From: an uncultured Gammaproteobacteria bacterium
Lineage (GTDB): Bacteria; Patescibacteriota; Patescibacteriia; SBBC01; CAIJZX01
Length of the DNA: 64,000 nt
Direction: 5' to 3'
Assembly (NCBI GenBank): GCA_964397195.1
Contig: CAYNGY010000003.1
Location: forward strand, 69,836-133,835
The position numbers and the translations under genes were made by a program. Below are positions 28,519-38,114 of the stretch, piece by piece (within the stretch, counting starts at the first letter, position 1; the number at the start of each line of letters is the position of its first letter). The notes under the pieces were generated by a model. The model was given only the letters and a program-made list of their open reading frames with translations. It was not told the origin of the DNA and did no database searches.

Positions 28519-31029
28519 ATGACTATTGATGATCATCGCTCACACCTCGGTTTGACCAGTGCCGAGGCGGCCGACCGACGCCGGACCCATGGGTCAAATA
28601 CGGTCGGTGAACGGCATCATTTCCGGCCAATAGCGGCTTTTTTTGGCAAATTTAATAGTCCGTTGCTTTGGGTAATTCTCGGGGCGGCCATTGTTTCGTA
28701 TCTGACCGGAAGTAAGACGAACGCCATGATTCTCGTGGCCATGACGTTGTTGTCGGTCATTTTGGACTTCGTCAATACCTATCGTTCCGAGCGAGCCATT
28801 CAGTCATTGGTTGACCGAGTGCAGACCATGGCGACGGTGGTACGTGACGGGCATGATGTCTCCGTCCCGCTCGCCGATATTGTCCCGGGCGATATTTTAA
28901 CCCTATCAGCCGGGGGTGTGATTCCGGCCGACGGGTTTGTTCTGAGTGAAAAAGACCTGTATGTGAATGAAAGTGCGTTGACTGGCGAATCGAATCCGGT
29001 CATGAAACAGGTGACGACCGGACTCCTGCCGAGCATCGTGACCAAAGATCGCCCGGATGCGGTGATGATGGGAACGAGTGTCGTGACCGGGTATGCGCGG
29101 ATCTTGGTAGTGGCGACCGGCGTGAACACGGCCTACGGGGCGGTGGCGAAACATCTCCAAGACCAGCCGAGTGATACTGTCTTTGAGCGGGAACTGCGTT
29201 CGTTCTCGATGTTCTTAATGAGAGTAACTCTCATTATGGTGGTGGTGGTCTTTCTCCTCAACTTGGTTGGTGTTGGCCATCGCGGGGTTTTTGATTCCTT
29301 CGTTTTTGCGGTGGCCATTGCCATCGGTCTGACGCCGGAATTGCTACCGGTCATCATGACCGTGTCGTTAAGCCGCGGCGCGGTGCGCATGGCTGCCAAT
29401 CATGTGATTGTGAAGCGGCTGCCGGCCATTCAAAATTTCGGCCGGATGAATGTCCTCTGCACGGACAAAACCGGGACTTTAACCGAAAACCGAGTCCATG
29501 TGGCGATGGCGGTGAACGCGGGCGGCGATACAGACGATACGGTCCTGCGCGATGCTTGGCTGAGTAGTCGTTTCCATTCGGGTGTTGAGAATCCGTTGGA
29601 TCAAGCGATAGCGGAGTCTCACGTTTGGCCGCTTGATGGGATCGAAAAAGTCGACGAAGTGCCCTTCGATTTTGAGCGGCGACGGGAGACGATTGTGGTT
29701 CGCGACAACGGGATGTGGCGGATGATTACCAAGGGCGCACCGGAACGGGTGCTTGATGTCTGTACGGACTATCGTCATGCACATGGGCAGGCCCCGCTCG
29801 ATACGGCCATGCGAAACCAGTTGGCGGCGCTGTACGATCGCTTGAGTCGGGAAGGGTACAAACTGCTCGGCGTCGCGACTCGCCCGGTTGGGACGACGCA
29901 AACGATGTACGAGCCAGCCGATGAACATGGGTTGGTTTTCTCCGGCTATATCGCCTTACTTGATCCGGCGAAAGCGACGGCCCGGGCGGCGATTGATGAT
30001 CTTGAGTCGCTTGGAATTGAATTAAAGATTTTGACCGGCGATGGCGCGGCCTTAACGGAAAAGATTTGTCGAGACATCGACGTTCCGATTAAAGGCACAA
30101 TTACCGGAGAGCAATTGCAGAAAATTCCTGATAGTCAGTGGCCGAGTATTGTCCGCGAGACGTCCATTTTTGCCCGGATTGATCCGTTCCAGAAGGAGAA
30201 AATTATTCGCACCCTCCGCGCCGGGGGATCGGTGGTAGGATTTTTGGGTGACGGGATTAATGACGCGCCGGCGCTTCGGGCGGCTGACGTTGGTGTTTCG
30301 GTCAGTAACGCCGTGGATGTCGCCAAAGAAACGGCCGACATTATTCTGCAAGAACAGAGTCTAGCGGTCTTAGCCGGGGGAGTGATGGAAGGTCGAAAGA
30401 CCTTTCGCAATACTTTGAAATATATCGAGATGGGGCTGAGTTCGAACTTCGGGAATATGCTGTCGATGACGGTAGCCTCGGCGCTGCTGCCATTTTTTCC
30501 GATGCTCCCGACGCAAATTCTGCTCAACAACTTCTTGTACGACAGTTCCCAGCTTTCTCTCTCGAGTGATCGGGTTGACCCGGAAGCGGTTCGTCGCCCG
30601 TCCGTCTGGGATATTCGGTTCATTCGGCGCTACATGTTGACCTTCGGTCCGATTTCATCACTGTTTGATTTCGCTACCTTCGGGTTACTGTGGGCGATGT
30701 TTCATGACCAACCGATGCTGTTTCAAACCGGCTGGTTTATTGAATCCGTTGCGACTCAAGTGATTGTTATTTATGTGATTCGAACACGTTTGGCGCCATG
30801 GCGCGCATCGAAACCGAGTCGATTACTTGTTTTGAATACCAGCGCGGTGGTGCTTTTGGCCACGAGTATTCCGTATTGGGCCCTCGGTCGAGTTTTTGGA
30901 TTTGGCCCATTACCGTTCACCGCATTAGGGGTGATTCTGATTTTCGTTTTGGCCTATATTGGGTTGGTGGAGTTCGTCAAACGTTGGTTTTACCGTCGTG
31001 AAGATCGCGTGTATCATTCCAGTCTATGA
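28519..31029 (+). CDS. mgtA: Magnesium-translocating P-type ATPase
   Basis: LTGES, IGLTPELLP, DKTGT, PFDFERRR, KGAPE, GDGIND, SSNFGN. Confidence 0.93.
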   Translation: MTIDDHRSHLGLTSAEAADRRRTHGSNTVGERHHFRPIAAFFGKFNSPLLWVILGAAIVSYLTGSKTNAMILVAMTLLSVILDFVNTYRSERAIQSLVDRVQTMATVVRDGHDVSVPLADIVPGDILTLSAGGVIPADGFVLSEKDLYVNESALTGESNPVMKQVTTGLLPSIVTKDRPDAVMMGTSVVTGYARILVVATGVNTAYGAVAKHLQDQPSDTVFERELRSFSMFLMRVTLIMVVVVFLLNLVGVGHRGVFDSFVFAVAIAIGLTPELLPVIMTVSLSRGAVRMAANHVIVKRLPAIQNFGRMNVLCTDKTGTLTENRVHVAMAVNAGGDTDDTVLRDAWLSSRFHSGVENPLDQAIAESHVWPLDGIEKVDEVPFDFERRRETIVVRDNGMWRMITKGAPERVLDVCTDYRHAHGQAPLDTAMRNQLAALYDRLSREGYKLLGVATRPVGTTQTMYEPADEHGLVFSGYIALLDPAKATARAAIDDLESLGIELKILTGDGAALTEKICRDIDVPIKGTITGEQLQKIPDSQWPSIVRETSIFARIDPFQKEKIIRTLRAGGSVVGFLGDGINDAPALRAADVGVSVSNAVDVAKETADIILQEQSLAVLAGGVMEGRKTFRNTLKYIEMGLSSNFGNMLSMTVASALLPFFPMLPTQILLNNFLYDSSQLSLSSDRVDPEAVRRPSVWDIRFIRRYMLTFGPISSLFDFATFGLLWAMFHDQPMLFQTGWFIESVATQVIVIYVIRTRLAPWRASKPSRLLVLNTSAVVLLATSIPYWALGRVFGFGPLPFTALGVILIFVLAYIGLVEFVKRWFYRREDRVYHSSL

Positions 31030-32279
31030 TTCACCCGCGTACATTTTTCCGAAAACTTGGCCCGGGGCTGATTACCGGCGCATCGGATGATGACCCGTCG
31101 GGTATTATTACCTACTCGCAAGCGGGGGCGGCCCACGGCTATCGGTTACTGTGGTTATCGTTGTATCTCGTGCCGTTGATGTTGGCGGTTCAGGAGATTT
31201 CTGGTCGCCTCGGGCTCTTAACGCGTCAGGGCTTGGCCCAGCTTATTCGCAAACATTATTCTCGTCGGTTGGCCCTGATAATTAGTCTGGCCCTCCTCAT
31301 TGCCAATATCGTCAATATTGGGGCGGACTTGCGTGCCATGGCGGCGGTAGCACAACTCCTTGTTCCCGGACCAACATTGGTGTATCTGTTAGGCTTTGCG
31401 CTGGTGGTGATTCTGCTCGAGATTTTTGTGAGCTATGAACGCTATGCGAATATCCTGAAGTGGCTGACCTTGGCGTTGTTATCGTATGTGGCCGCGGCAT
31501 TTGTGACGTCTCAGGACTGGGTGTCGGCCATTACCTCGACAATTATTCCGCACATCCCACACGATGGATCGATTTGGATATTGATTACCGCCATCTTAGG
31601 GACCACGATTACGCCGTATTGTTTCTTCTGGCAGGCGTCGGAGGAGGCGGAGGAAGAAAATATTCTGAAGCGTATGGCCCATCGGGTTGCGCCGCATATT
31701 GGCGATCGTCTGCGCCAGTTACGCGTTGATACGGCCACCGGCATGATTTACTCGAACGTGATCATGTTTTTCATTATCGTGACGACAGCTGGCACGTTGC
31801 ACCAGGCCGGGATTACGTCGATTGATTCCGCTGCCCAGGCGGCAGACGCACTGCGTCCGTTGGCCGGAAGTTTTGCCGCCACGATTTTCGCCTTGGGACT
31901 GATTGGGATAGGATTGCTCGCGGTACCCATTTTAGCCGGTTCGGCCGCCTATGCGTTGGCGGACGTATTTCAATGGCCGGAAGGACTCGGTAAAACCTTT
32001 CGACAAGCGCCGGCTTTCTACCTGACCATTATGGCCGCGATTTTAGTAGGCGGCGCGCTGACCCTGAGCGGTGTGACCCCAATTGGGTTCCTGATCGCCG
32101 CCGCGGTGGTCAACGGTGTCGTCGCGCCCCTGATGATTTGGTTTATGTTACGGCTGGCCGCACGTCCGGATGTGGTTGGGGCACATCGTACTCCGCGTGG
32201 GATTGAGGTTATTGGGTGGATAACATTTTGGGCGATGGTACTCTCAGCGGTCTTTATGGTGGTCACATTTTTTCTATGA
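31026..32279 (+). CDS. NRAMP-family divalent metal transporter (probably Mg2+-type)
   Basis: GPGLITGASDDDPSG and GTTITPY motifs; overlaps the mgtA stop. Confidence 0.88.
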   Translation: MIHPRTFFRKLGPGLITGASDDDPSGIITYSQAGAAHGYRLLWLSLYLVPLMLAVQEISGRLGLLTRQGLAQLIRKHYSRRLALIISLALLIANIVNIGADLRAMAAVAQLLVPGPTLVYLLGFALVVILLEIFVSYERYANILKWLTLALLSYVAAAFVTSQDWVSAITSTIIPHIPHDGSIWILITAILGTTITPYCFFWQASEEAEEENILKRMAHRVAPHIGDRLRQLRVDTATGMIYSNVIMFFIIVTTAGTLHQAGITSIDSAAQAADALRPLAGSFAATIFALGLIGIGLLAVPILAGSAAYALADVFQWPEGLGKTFRQAPAFYLTIMAAILVGGALTLSGVTPIGFLIAAAVVNGVVAPLMIWFMLRLAARPDVVGAHRTPRGIEVIGWITFWAMVLSAVFMVVTFFL

Positions 32280-32827
32280 AGGTGAGTCGTCGGCAGTGGG
32301 TGATCGTCGGTGTGCAGGGCGCGTTACTGGCCGTCGAGCTCGGTTGGGGGTTTGATGACCTGTCCCGTCGGATAGCGCTGGGGGTGACGAATAGTGTAGC
32401 GACGCTGGGAATTCTTTGGGTTGATCGGTCGGTCGCCCGGCGGGGGGAGCGGATGCCGACCTGGATTCTTCTTTTTGGGCTGGGGGCGGTTTGGCTCGAT
32501 GCGTTCGGTAATTTTGATGGTTGGTATTCGAAGCTGTGGTGGTGGGATCGGGTGACCCATACCACCGGTGGTGCGGCTCTCAGTCTGATGGCGGCAGAAT
32601 TTTGGCGAGCACGAGTTGGCGTGGGTGCGGCCTGGGTCGGCTTAGCGCTTGGGCAGATGATTGGTGCGTGGTATGAGGTGAGTGAGTATCTCGGTGACCT
32701 GATCTTTGGCACGCGACGGATCGGCGGATCATATGATTCCCCGCGAGATTTATGCCTGAATCTGGTTGGCGGAGTGGTGGCGATATGGCTCTGGCGCGTT
32801 GTCACCAGGCGCAAAAATATGGTATAA
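32276..32827 (+). CDS. Membrane protein, DUF2238/VanZ-like
   Basis: WD..TH, E..EY, D...D...N motifs in TMs; ATGA-coupled to the NRAMP gene. Confidence 0.65.
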   Translation: MKVSRRQWVIVGVQGALLAVELGWGFDDLSRRIALGVTNSVATLGILWVDRSVARRGERMPTWILLFGLGAVWLDAFGNFDGWYSKLWWWDRVTHTTGGAALSLMAAEFWRARVGVGAAWVGLALGQMIGAWYEVSEYLGDLIFGTRRIGGSYDSPRDLCLNLVGGVVAIWLWRVVTRRKNMV

Positions 32828-32873
32828 TCATGACGTTCCGTACCAATCACGATAGCGGTGCGCAACATCAACT

Positions 32874-33164
32874 ATGGCTGGGTTGTCGGAGCTCCAAAAA
32901 CGAATTCTGCGAACGGCGCTAAGTGCCTCACGTTCTCGGATTGCTCGCGCGACCTTTCAGTTCCCACAGCGCTCATCGCGGCTCCATCAACAAGAGATTT
33001 TGACCCGTTCGTTGGATCGCTTGGTTGATCGGGGGTTGATGATTGGGTATGGCCATCGCACCCAGCAAAAGTGGTTTATTGAATCAATTCGGCTGACGCC
33101 GGCGGGACGCCGGGCGGCGCGCCGGTTACTCGGCACCCAAACAACATTTCCATTCATTCGTTAA
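32874..33164 (+). CDS. Basic winged-helix-like hypothetical protein
   Basis: LSELQKRIL, SLDRLVDRGL, IRLTPAGR. Confidence 0.6.
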   Translation: MAGLSELQKRILRTALSASRSRIARATFQFPQRSSRLHQQEILTRSLDRLVDRGLMIGYGHRTQQKWFIESIRLTPAGRRAARRLLGTQTTFPFIR

Positions 33165-33171
33165 TATCCCT

Positions 33172-33642
33172 ATGGCAATTCCGGCCCGCGTTACCAAGCA
33201 CCTCGAGGCACTCAAACTCAAACACCAGGTGGTGCCGCATCGGACGGTCTTTACCGTCTACGATTTAGCGCAGACGCTCAAAGTAAAACTGAACACCATC
33301 GCCAAAACGTTGTTGGTCAAGACCGATCAAGGGTTGGCCTTAGTCGTGGTACCGGCCCACAAGCGTCTCGATTTTACGGCGCTGAAAAAGGCCTTGTCGG
33401 CCAAACGTGTTTCTCTCGCAACCGAAAAGGAAATGGTCAAGAAGTTAAAGGTCAAGCCTGGCGCGTTGACGGCATTCGGCACGCTCCACAAATTACCAAT
33501 CGTGATTGATCGGAGCCTAGCAAAAACTGAGCAGTTGCTCTTTAGCGCGGGGAGCTTTACCGAGTCACTTCGACTCAAGGTAAAACCGTATATCAAAACA
33601 CAAACACCGACGATCGCGCCGATCGCGAAGTCGGGTTCGTAA
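33172..33642 (+). CDS. YbaK/EbsC (aminoacyl-tRNA deacylase) family protein
   Basis: H..VFT..DLA, IAKTLLVK, PG.L..FG, FSAGS. Confidence 0.85.
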   Translation: MAIPARVTKHLEALKLKHQVVPHRTVFTVYDLAQTLKVKLNTIAKTLLVKTDQGLALVVVPAHKRLDFTALKKALSAKRVSLATEKEMVKKLKVKPGALTAFGTLHKLPIVIDRSLAKTEQLLFSAGSFTESLRLKVKPYIKTQTPTIAPIAKSGS

Positions 33643-33645
33643 TTC

Positions 33646-34380
33646 ATGCGTCACGTCTCGACCACATCATTTTCCGGCCCGCTCGACTTACTCCTGCAAC
33701 TGATTGAAGGGGAGAAGCTTGACATTAGTCAGGTGTCGCTGGCCACGGTGACGGAACAGTACATTGCCGAGCTTCAGAAACTCGACGAGCTCCCAGCCGA
33801 AGAGTTGGCGGACTTTTTAGTCGTGGCGGCCAAGCTGGTCTACATTAAATCGCGGCTCCTCGTGCCGAGTGCGGAAGCGGCCGACGAAGATATCGGCGCC
33901 GATCTGGAGCAACAGCTCCGACTGTACAAAGCCTTTGTTGATGCGGCGAAAGAGGTCCAGGTGATGTGGAATCGCCATCATTCCTCGTTTACCCGCGATG
34001 GGTACGCGGTCATGGAACCAATCTTTAACCCGCCGCCGCACGTTCAGGCGGATACCTTGCGGGATATCTTACTCGGCGTCTTACGGGAACTTGAACCGAT
34101 TACGCGCTTGCCGCTGACGGTGATGATACGGACCGTCAATATTCGGGAAACCATCGCTCGTGTTCGCGACAAGCTCATTACCGAACGACGGGCGCGATTC
34201 CATGAAATGCTCTCGCATGCCAAGACCAAAACAGAAGCTATCGTGACGTTTTTAGCCCTTCTCGAACTCGTGAAACAACGCACCATCGTCATTGCCCAAA
34301 CCGATCGGTACGGTGATATTGATATTGAACTCATTATGGAAGAGCCGCCCGTGGCGGTGACGACCATCACAAACCTATGA
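33646..34380 (+). CDS. scpA: Segregation/condensation protein A
   Basis: FSGPLDLLLQLI, ADFLVVAA.L..IKSR.L, TFLALLEL. Confidence 0.95.
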   Translation: MRHVSTTSFSGPLDLLLQLIEGEKLDISQVSLATVTEQYIAELQKLDELPAEELADFLVVAAKLVYIKSRLLVPSAEAADEDIGADLEQQLRLYKAFVDAAKEVQVMWNRHHSSFTRDGYAVMEPIFNPPPHVQADTLRDILLGVLRELEPITRLPLTVMIRTVNIRETIARVRDKLITERRARFHEMLSHAKTKTEAIVTFLALLELVKQRTIVIAQTDRYGDIDIELIMEEPPVAVTTITNL

Positions 34381-34985
34381 CGCCACTTTCTACGACCCTC
34401 GAGAGCATTCTCTTTGTTGCGACGAAGCCCTTAACCGCGAAACGGTTAGCCGAGTTGTCGAAAGCCGCGCCCGCCGATGTGGAGACTGCCTTGGAAGAGT
34501 TAGCGACTCGCGTGAATGTTCCGGCCAGCGGGATTCATCTACTCCGACACAATAACACGATCCAGTTTGTGAGTAACCCAGCCGCGAGTGCGGTGGTGAC
34601 GGAGTTTTTAAAAGAAGAGCAAGCGGGGGAACTGACGCGACCAGCGCTCGAGACGCTGACGATTATTGCCTATCGGGGTCCGATTTCAAAAATCCAACTC
34701 GACACAATCCGTGGCGTCAATTGCGCACTCATTCTACGTAACCTGATGATTAAAGGGCTGATCGAATCGAAGACGCATAAAGATCGACTCCAGACGTCGT
34801 ATACTGTCACGGCTGATTTTCTGCGGCACCTCGGATTAACCGAGATTGCTCACCTTCCAGACTACGAACGTCTCCACGCCGAGGAGACCCTGAATGCATT
34901 GTTAACGTCATCGGTTGCGACTATGCCGGTCATGACGGATGCCGGGACTGAGGCGGTCGCGACTGAATCACCAACACCCGCATGA
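34377..34985 (+). CDS. scpB: Segregation/condensation protein B
   Basis: LESILF, ALETLTIIAY.GP, IRGVN, T..FL..LG. Confidence 0.95.
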   Translation: MTPLSTTLESILFVATKPLTAKRLAELSKAAPADVETALEELATRVNVPASGIHLLRHNNTIQFVSNPAASAVVTEFLKEEQAGELTRPALETLTIIAYRGPISKIQLDTIRGVNCALILRNLMIKGLIESKTHKDRLQTSYTVTADFLRHLGLTEIAHLPDYERLHAEETLNALLTSSVATMPVMTDAGTEAVATESPTPA

Positions 34986-35746
34986 CGCCAATCGTCGTCG
35001 CCAATTGGAAAATGCAGCTCGGTGTCGCCGAGGCGGTTCAATCTGGAACAACCTTATTGCAGTTACTGACCGCCAAGCCACTGGAAGCAACGGTGGTGGT
35101 CTGTCCGGGGTTTATTTCACTGCCGTATCTCGTCGAACCGCTCAAAAAAGGACCGATCGCACTCGGGGCGCAAGACGTCTTTTGGCAGGAGAAGGGCGCG
35201 TATACCGGCGAGGTTTCGCCACGCGTCTTACATGAAATCGGAGCCAACTACGTGATCATCGGGCATTCTGAGCGGCGGCAACTCGGCGAAACGGATACCG
35301 ACGTCGGCCGGAAATTGATGGCCTCGCTCGTGCATCATCTCCAGCCGATCGTTTGTGTTGGGGAGTCGGCCGATGAACGCGCCCAGGGGCGTCAGGAAGT
35401 CGTCGTCCAACAACAGCTTGAGCATATTTTCCGCAGTGCCCCGCCACCACGCCACGGGCATATGATCATGATCGCCTACGAGCCGATCTGGGCGATCGGA
35501 ACGGGTGAGGCGGCTGATCCAAAAGAGGCGGAAGTGATGCGCCAGCTCATTCAACAAACCCTGCGGGACGTGACGCCGGCCGGTCAGCTTGATTCGTTTC
35601 GTATCCTCTACGGCGGATCAGCTTCCCCGGAGAATGTTGCCCAGTACGTCGGTCCTGACCGGTATGACGGCGCATTGGTTGGGGGCGCCAGCCTCGATCC
35701 ACACACGTTCTATTCACTCATTTCCGCCTGCGCGCAGGCCCATTAA
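34982..35746 (+). CDS. tpiA: Triosephosphate isomerase
   Basis: ANWKM, GHSERR, AYEPIWAIGTG, YGGS, LVGGASL. Confidence 0.97.
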   Translation: MTPIVVANWKMQLGVAEAVQSGTTLLQLLTAKPLEATVVVCPGFISLPYLVEPLKKGPIALGAQDVFWQEKGAYTGEVSPRVLHEIGANYVIIGHSERRQLGETDTDVGRKLMASLVHHLQPIVCVGESADERAQGRQEVVVQQQLEHIFRSAPPPRHGHMIMIAYEPIWAIGTGEAADPKEAEVMRQLIQQTLRDVTPAGQLDSFRILYGGSASPENVAQYVGPDRYDGALVGGASLDPHTFYSLISACAQAH

Positions 35747-35757
35747 TTCCTCTCTCT

Positions 35758-36780
35758 ATGGCAAAACCCATTCGCGTCGCAATCAACGGCTTTGGTCGCA
35801 TCGGGCGGCATGCCTTCAAGATCGCCTTTGAAAAACCCGAACTCGAGGTGGTGGCGATTAACGATTTGGGTAGCATTGAAGTCATGGCCCACTTACTCCA
35901 GTACGACACGGCCTACGGGCACTACCACCGCCACGTGTCCTTCAAAGAGGGGACCTTAATCGTTGATGGAAAGGAAATCGCCTTTGTGTCGGTCAAAGAA
36001 CCGGCTGAGTTGCCATGGAAACAGATGGGCGTTGATGTGGTGCTGGAATCGACCGGACGTTTAACGAAGGATGGCGCGGCCCGCGCGCATCTCCAAGCCG
36101 GGGCCAAGCGCGTGGTCGTCTCTGCTCCGACCAAAGGCGGCAATGTTGAAACGTATTTGATTGGCGTGAACGCCGACCAGTACCACGGCGACGATGTCAT
36201 TTCAAACGCGTCGTGTACGACGAACTGTGTTTCGCCGGTGACGAAAGTTATGCTCGCCGAATTTGGAATTCAGAAAGCGGCCATGACGACCATCCACTCC
36301 TACACTGCCGAACAGAATCTCGTTGACGGCCCGGTGCCGCCGCTTCATCCTGATTTACGTCGGGCTCGTGCGGCCGCCCAAAATATTGTCCCGACCACGT
36401 CCGGCGCGGCCATCTCGACCGGCGAAGTCTTACCGGAGCTGCAAGGAAAGTTTGATGGCTACGCATTGCGCGTCCCAACCATTACCGTCTCATATACCGA
36501 CTTCACGTTCCTGACAAAAAAGCGCACGACTATTGATGAGGTGAATGCGGCCTTCACAACATGGGCGGCAAAGCCAGCGATGAAGGGTGTGCTCGAAGTG
36601 TCCGACGTGCCGCTGGTTTCGAGCGATTTCCGCGGTAATCCCGCTTCGGCGACGGTCGACCTGTTATTGACGAATGTTATTGACGGCGACTTAGTAAAAG
36701 TGGCGGCTTGGTATGACAACGAGTGGGGCTATAGTAATCGTTTTGTCGAACAGGCCATTCTCGTCGGGCGGAGCCTCTAG
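35758..36780 (+). CDS. gap: Glyceraldehyde-3-phosphate dehydrogenase
   Basis: INGFGRIGR, SNASCTTNC, WYDNEWGYS. Confidence 0.98.
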   Translation: MAKPIRVAINGFGRIGRHAFKIAFEKPELEVVAINDLGSIEVMAHLLQYDTAYGHYHRHVSFKEGTLIVDGKEIAFVSVKEPAELPWKQMGVDVVLESTGRLTKDGAARAHLQAGAKRVVVSAPTKGGNVETYLIGVNADQYHGDDVISNASCTTNCVSPVTKVMLAEFGIQKAAMTTIHSYTAEQNLVDGPVPPLHPDLRRARAAAQNIVPTTSGAAISTGEVLPELQGKFDGYALRVPTITVSYTDFTFLTKKRTTIDEVNAAFTTWAAKPAMKGVLEVSDVPLVSSDFRGNPASATVDLLLTNVIDGDLVKVAAWYDNEWGYSNRFVEQAILVGRSL

Positions 36781-36868
36781 GTTTTCGTCTACGTCAAAAC
36801 GTGGTACACTTTCCACAGTCCTAACACACATAAAACCCTATGAAACCGAAAGGGGGTGAACGATACAT

Positions 36869-37153
36869 ATGGAATCGTTAGTCATCGTGCTCATCGCGTT
36901 TGTGGCCCTCGCGGTCCTCTTCGTGGTCTTTATCCACTGGAAGGGACTTTTGACGAGTATGTTCCTCTCGCGCTGTTTCTTCATTTTTGGCATGGTCTGC
37001 GCCGCCTTTGCCATCGCCACCCAATACGGGTTGACGACGCAAGTTGGTTCGCAAAACCTCTTTGCTGATCCGATTTTCTACCTCTTGCTCGGAACGATGT
37101 CGCTTTTGTCTGCCGTGTACTGGAATACCGACAAGACAAATCGCATCATCTAG
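36869..37153 (+). CDS. Small orphan membrane protein (3 TM)
   Basis: SD GAAAGGGGGTGA; hydrophobic; terminator AACCGGTTGGC..GCCAGCCGGTT-TTT follows. Confidence 0.6.
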   Translation: MESLVIVLIAFVALAVLFVVFIHWKGLLTSMFLSRCFFIFGMVCAAFAIATQYGLTTQVGSQNLFADPIFYLLLGTMSLLSAVYWNTDKTNRII

Positions 37154-37280
37154 TCCTCGAAACATTAACCGGTTGGCGGATGCATGGCCAGCCGGTTTTT
37201 GTTTTGTGGAGGCACTTGGCGCGTGTCACCTTAGGTCGGCTACGCAAAACTAGGCGAGTGGATTCGCCCGTATCGGTGAT

Positions 37281-37355
37281 TGGTACCGCCAAGGAGAGTC
37301 GAACTCCTCTTACCAGGATGAGAACCTGGCGTCCTAACCGATAGACGATGGCGGC
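37281..37355 (-). tRNA. tRNA-Glu (CTC)
   Basis: GCCGCCATCGTCTATCGGTTAGGACG-CCAGG-TTCTCAT-CCTGG..GTTCGACTCTCCTTGGCGGTACCA. Confidence 0.97.
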
Positions 37356-37553
37356 AAGAAAATCGGCACGACGGAGTGTAGCGGGTTTACCATGATATTG
37401 CAAGGATTCCGGCCAACCTTCCATTTTGACATTCAAAACTGAATTTTTGCTGAAAAACCGCGGATTTTGGCTAGCCTTAGCGCAAGTCAAAAACTGTCCG
37501 AAACGAAAAAAACCTGATATACTGCGAGCACATACACACATACTCTTACGCCT

Positions 37554-38111
37554 ATGCGTCGTTCAACTCTCATCCTTATCGTCGCGCTCGTCGTTGTCCT
37601 CGGTGCCGCGGCGGCTCTTTACCTGACCGGCATGTTAAAATTGCCGACCAACAATACGAATACCAGCACGCAAAACGAGAACCTGCCGCTGGTGAACTCA
37701 ACGACGAATACCGCCGTGACCAACAGCTCCCTGCCAGCCAACGTTCAAGGTGATACAATCCTGACGGGATCGCTCACCATCGGCGGAGTGAAGATGACGA
37801 TTTCGAGTTTACAGTATACGGCCCGGTACGCCGATGTCAGTGCCAGCAGCGGAAAACAGTTAGTGATGGTCTACACCGATCCGATCCCGAACGCAAGTAT
37901 TACGGCGGTGGTTGATGGGATGACCACCGACATGAAAGTGACCTACACCGGTGGCGAAGCGATGGTCCGTCGTTATAAGGTCGCTAGCGACACGGTCAAG
38001 AACGATCATGGCTATTTCTTGTTCGAAGTGCCGAAGAATGCCGGCGCCCTGACCCTTGTCTACGGGGCGGATTTGTCCGCGCAGAAACTGACCATCCCGG
38101 CCGCGAAGTAA
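37554..38111 (+). CDS. Membrane-anchored exported protein with Asn/Thr-rich stalk and Ig-like domain
   Basis: N-terminal TM, PTNNTNTSTQN..NSTTNT linker, GYFLFEVP..A..LTL. Confidence 0.7.
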   Translation: MRRSTLILIVALVVVLGAAAALYLTGMLKLPTNNTNTSTQNENLPLVNSTTNTAVTNSSLPANVQGDTILTGSLTIGGVKMTISSLQYTARYADVSASSGKQLVMVYTDPIPNASITAVVDGMTTDMKVTYTGGEAMVRRYKVASDTVKNDHGYFLFEVPKNAGALTLVYGADLSAQKLTIPAAK

Positions 38112-38114
38112 TCC

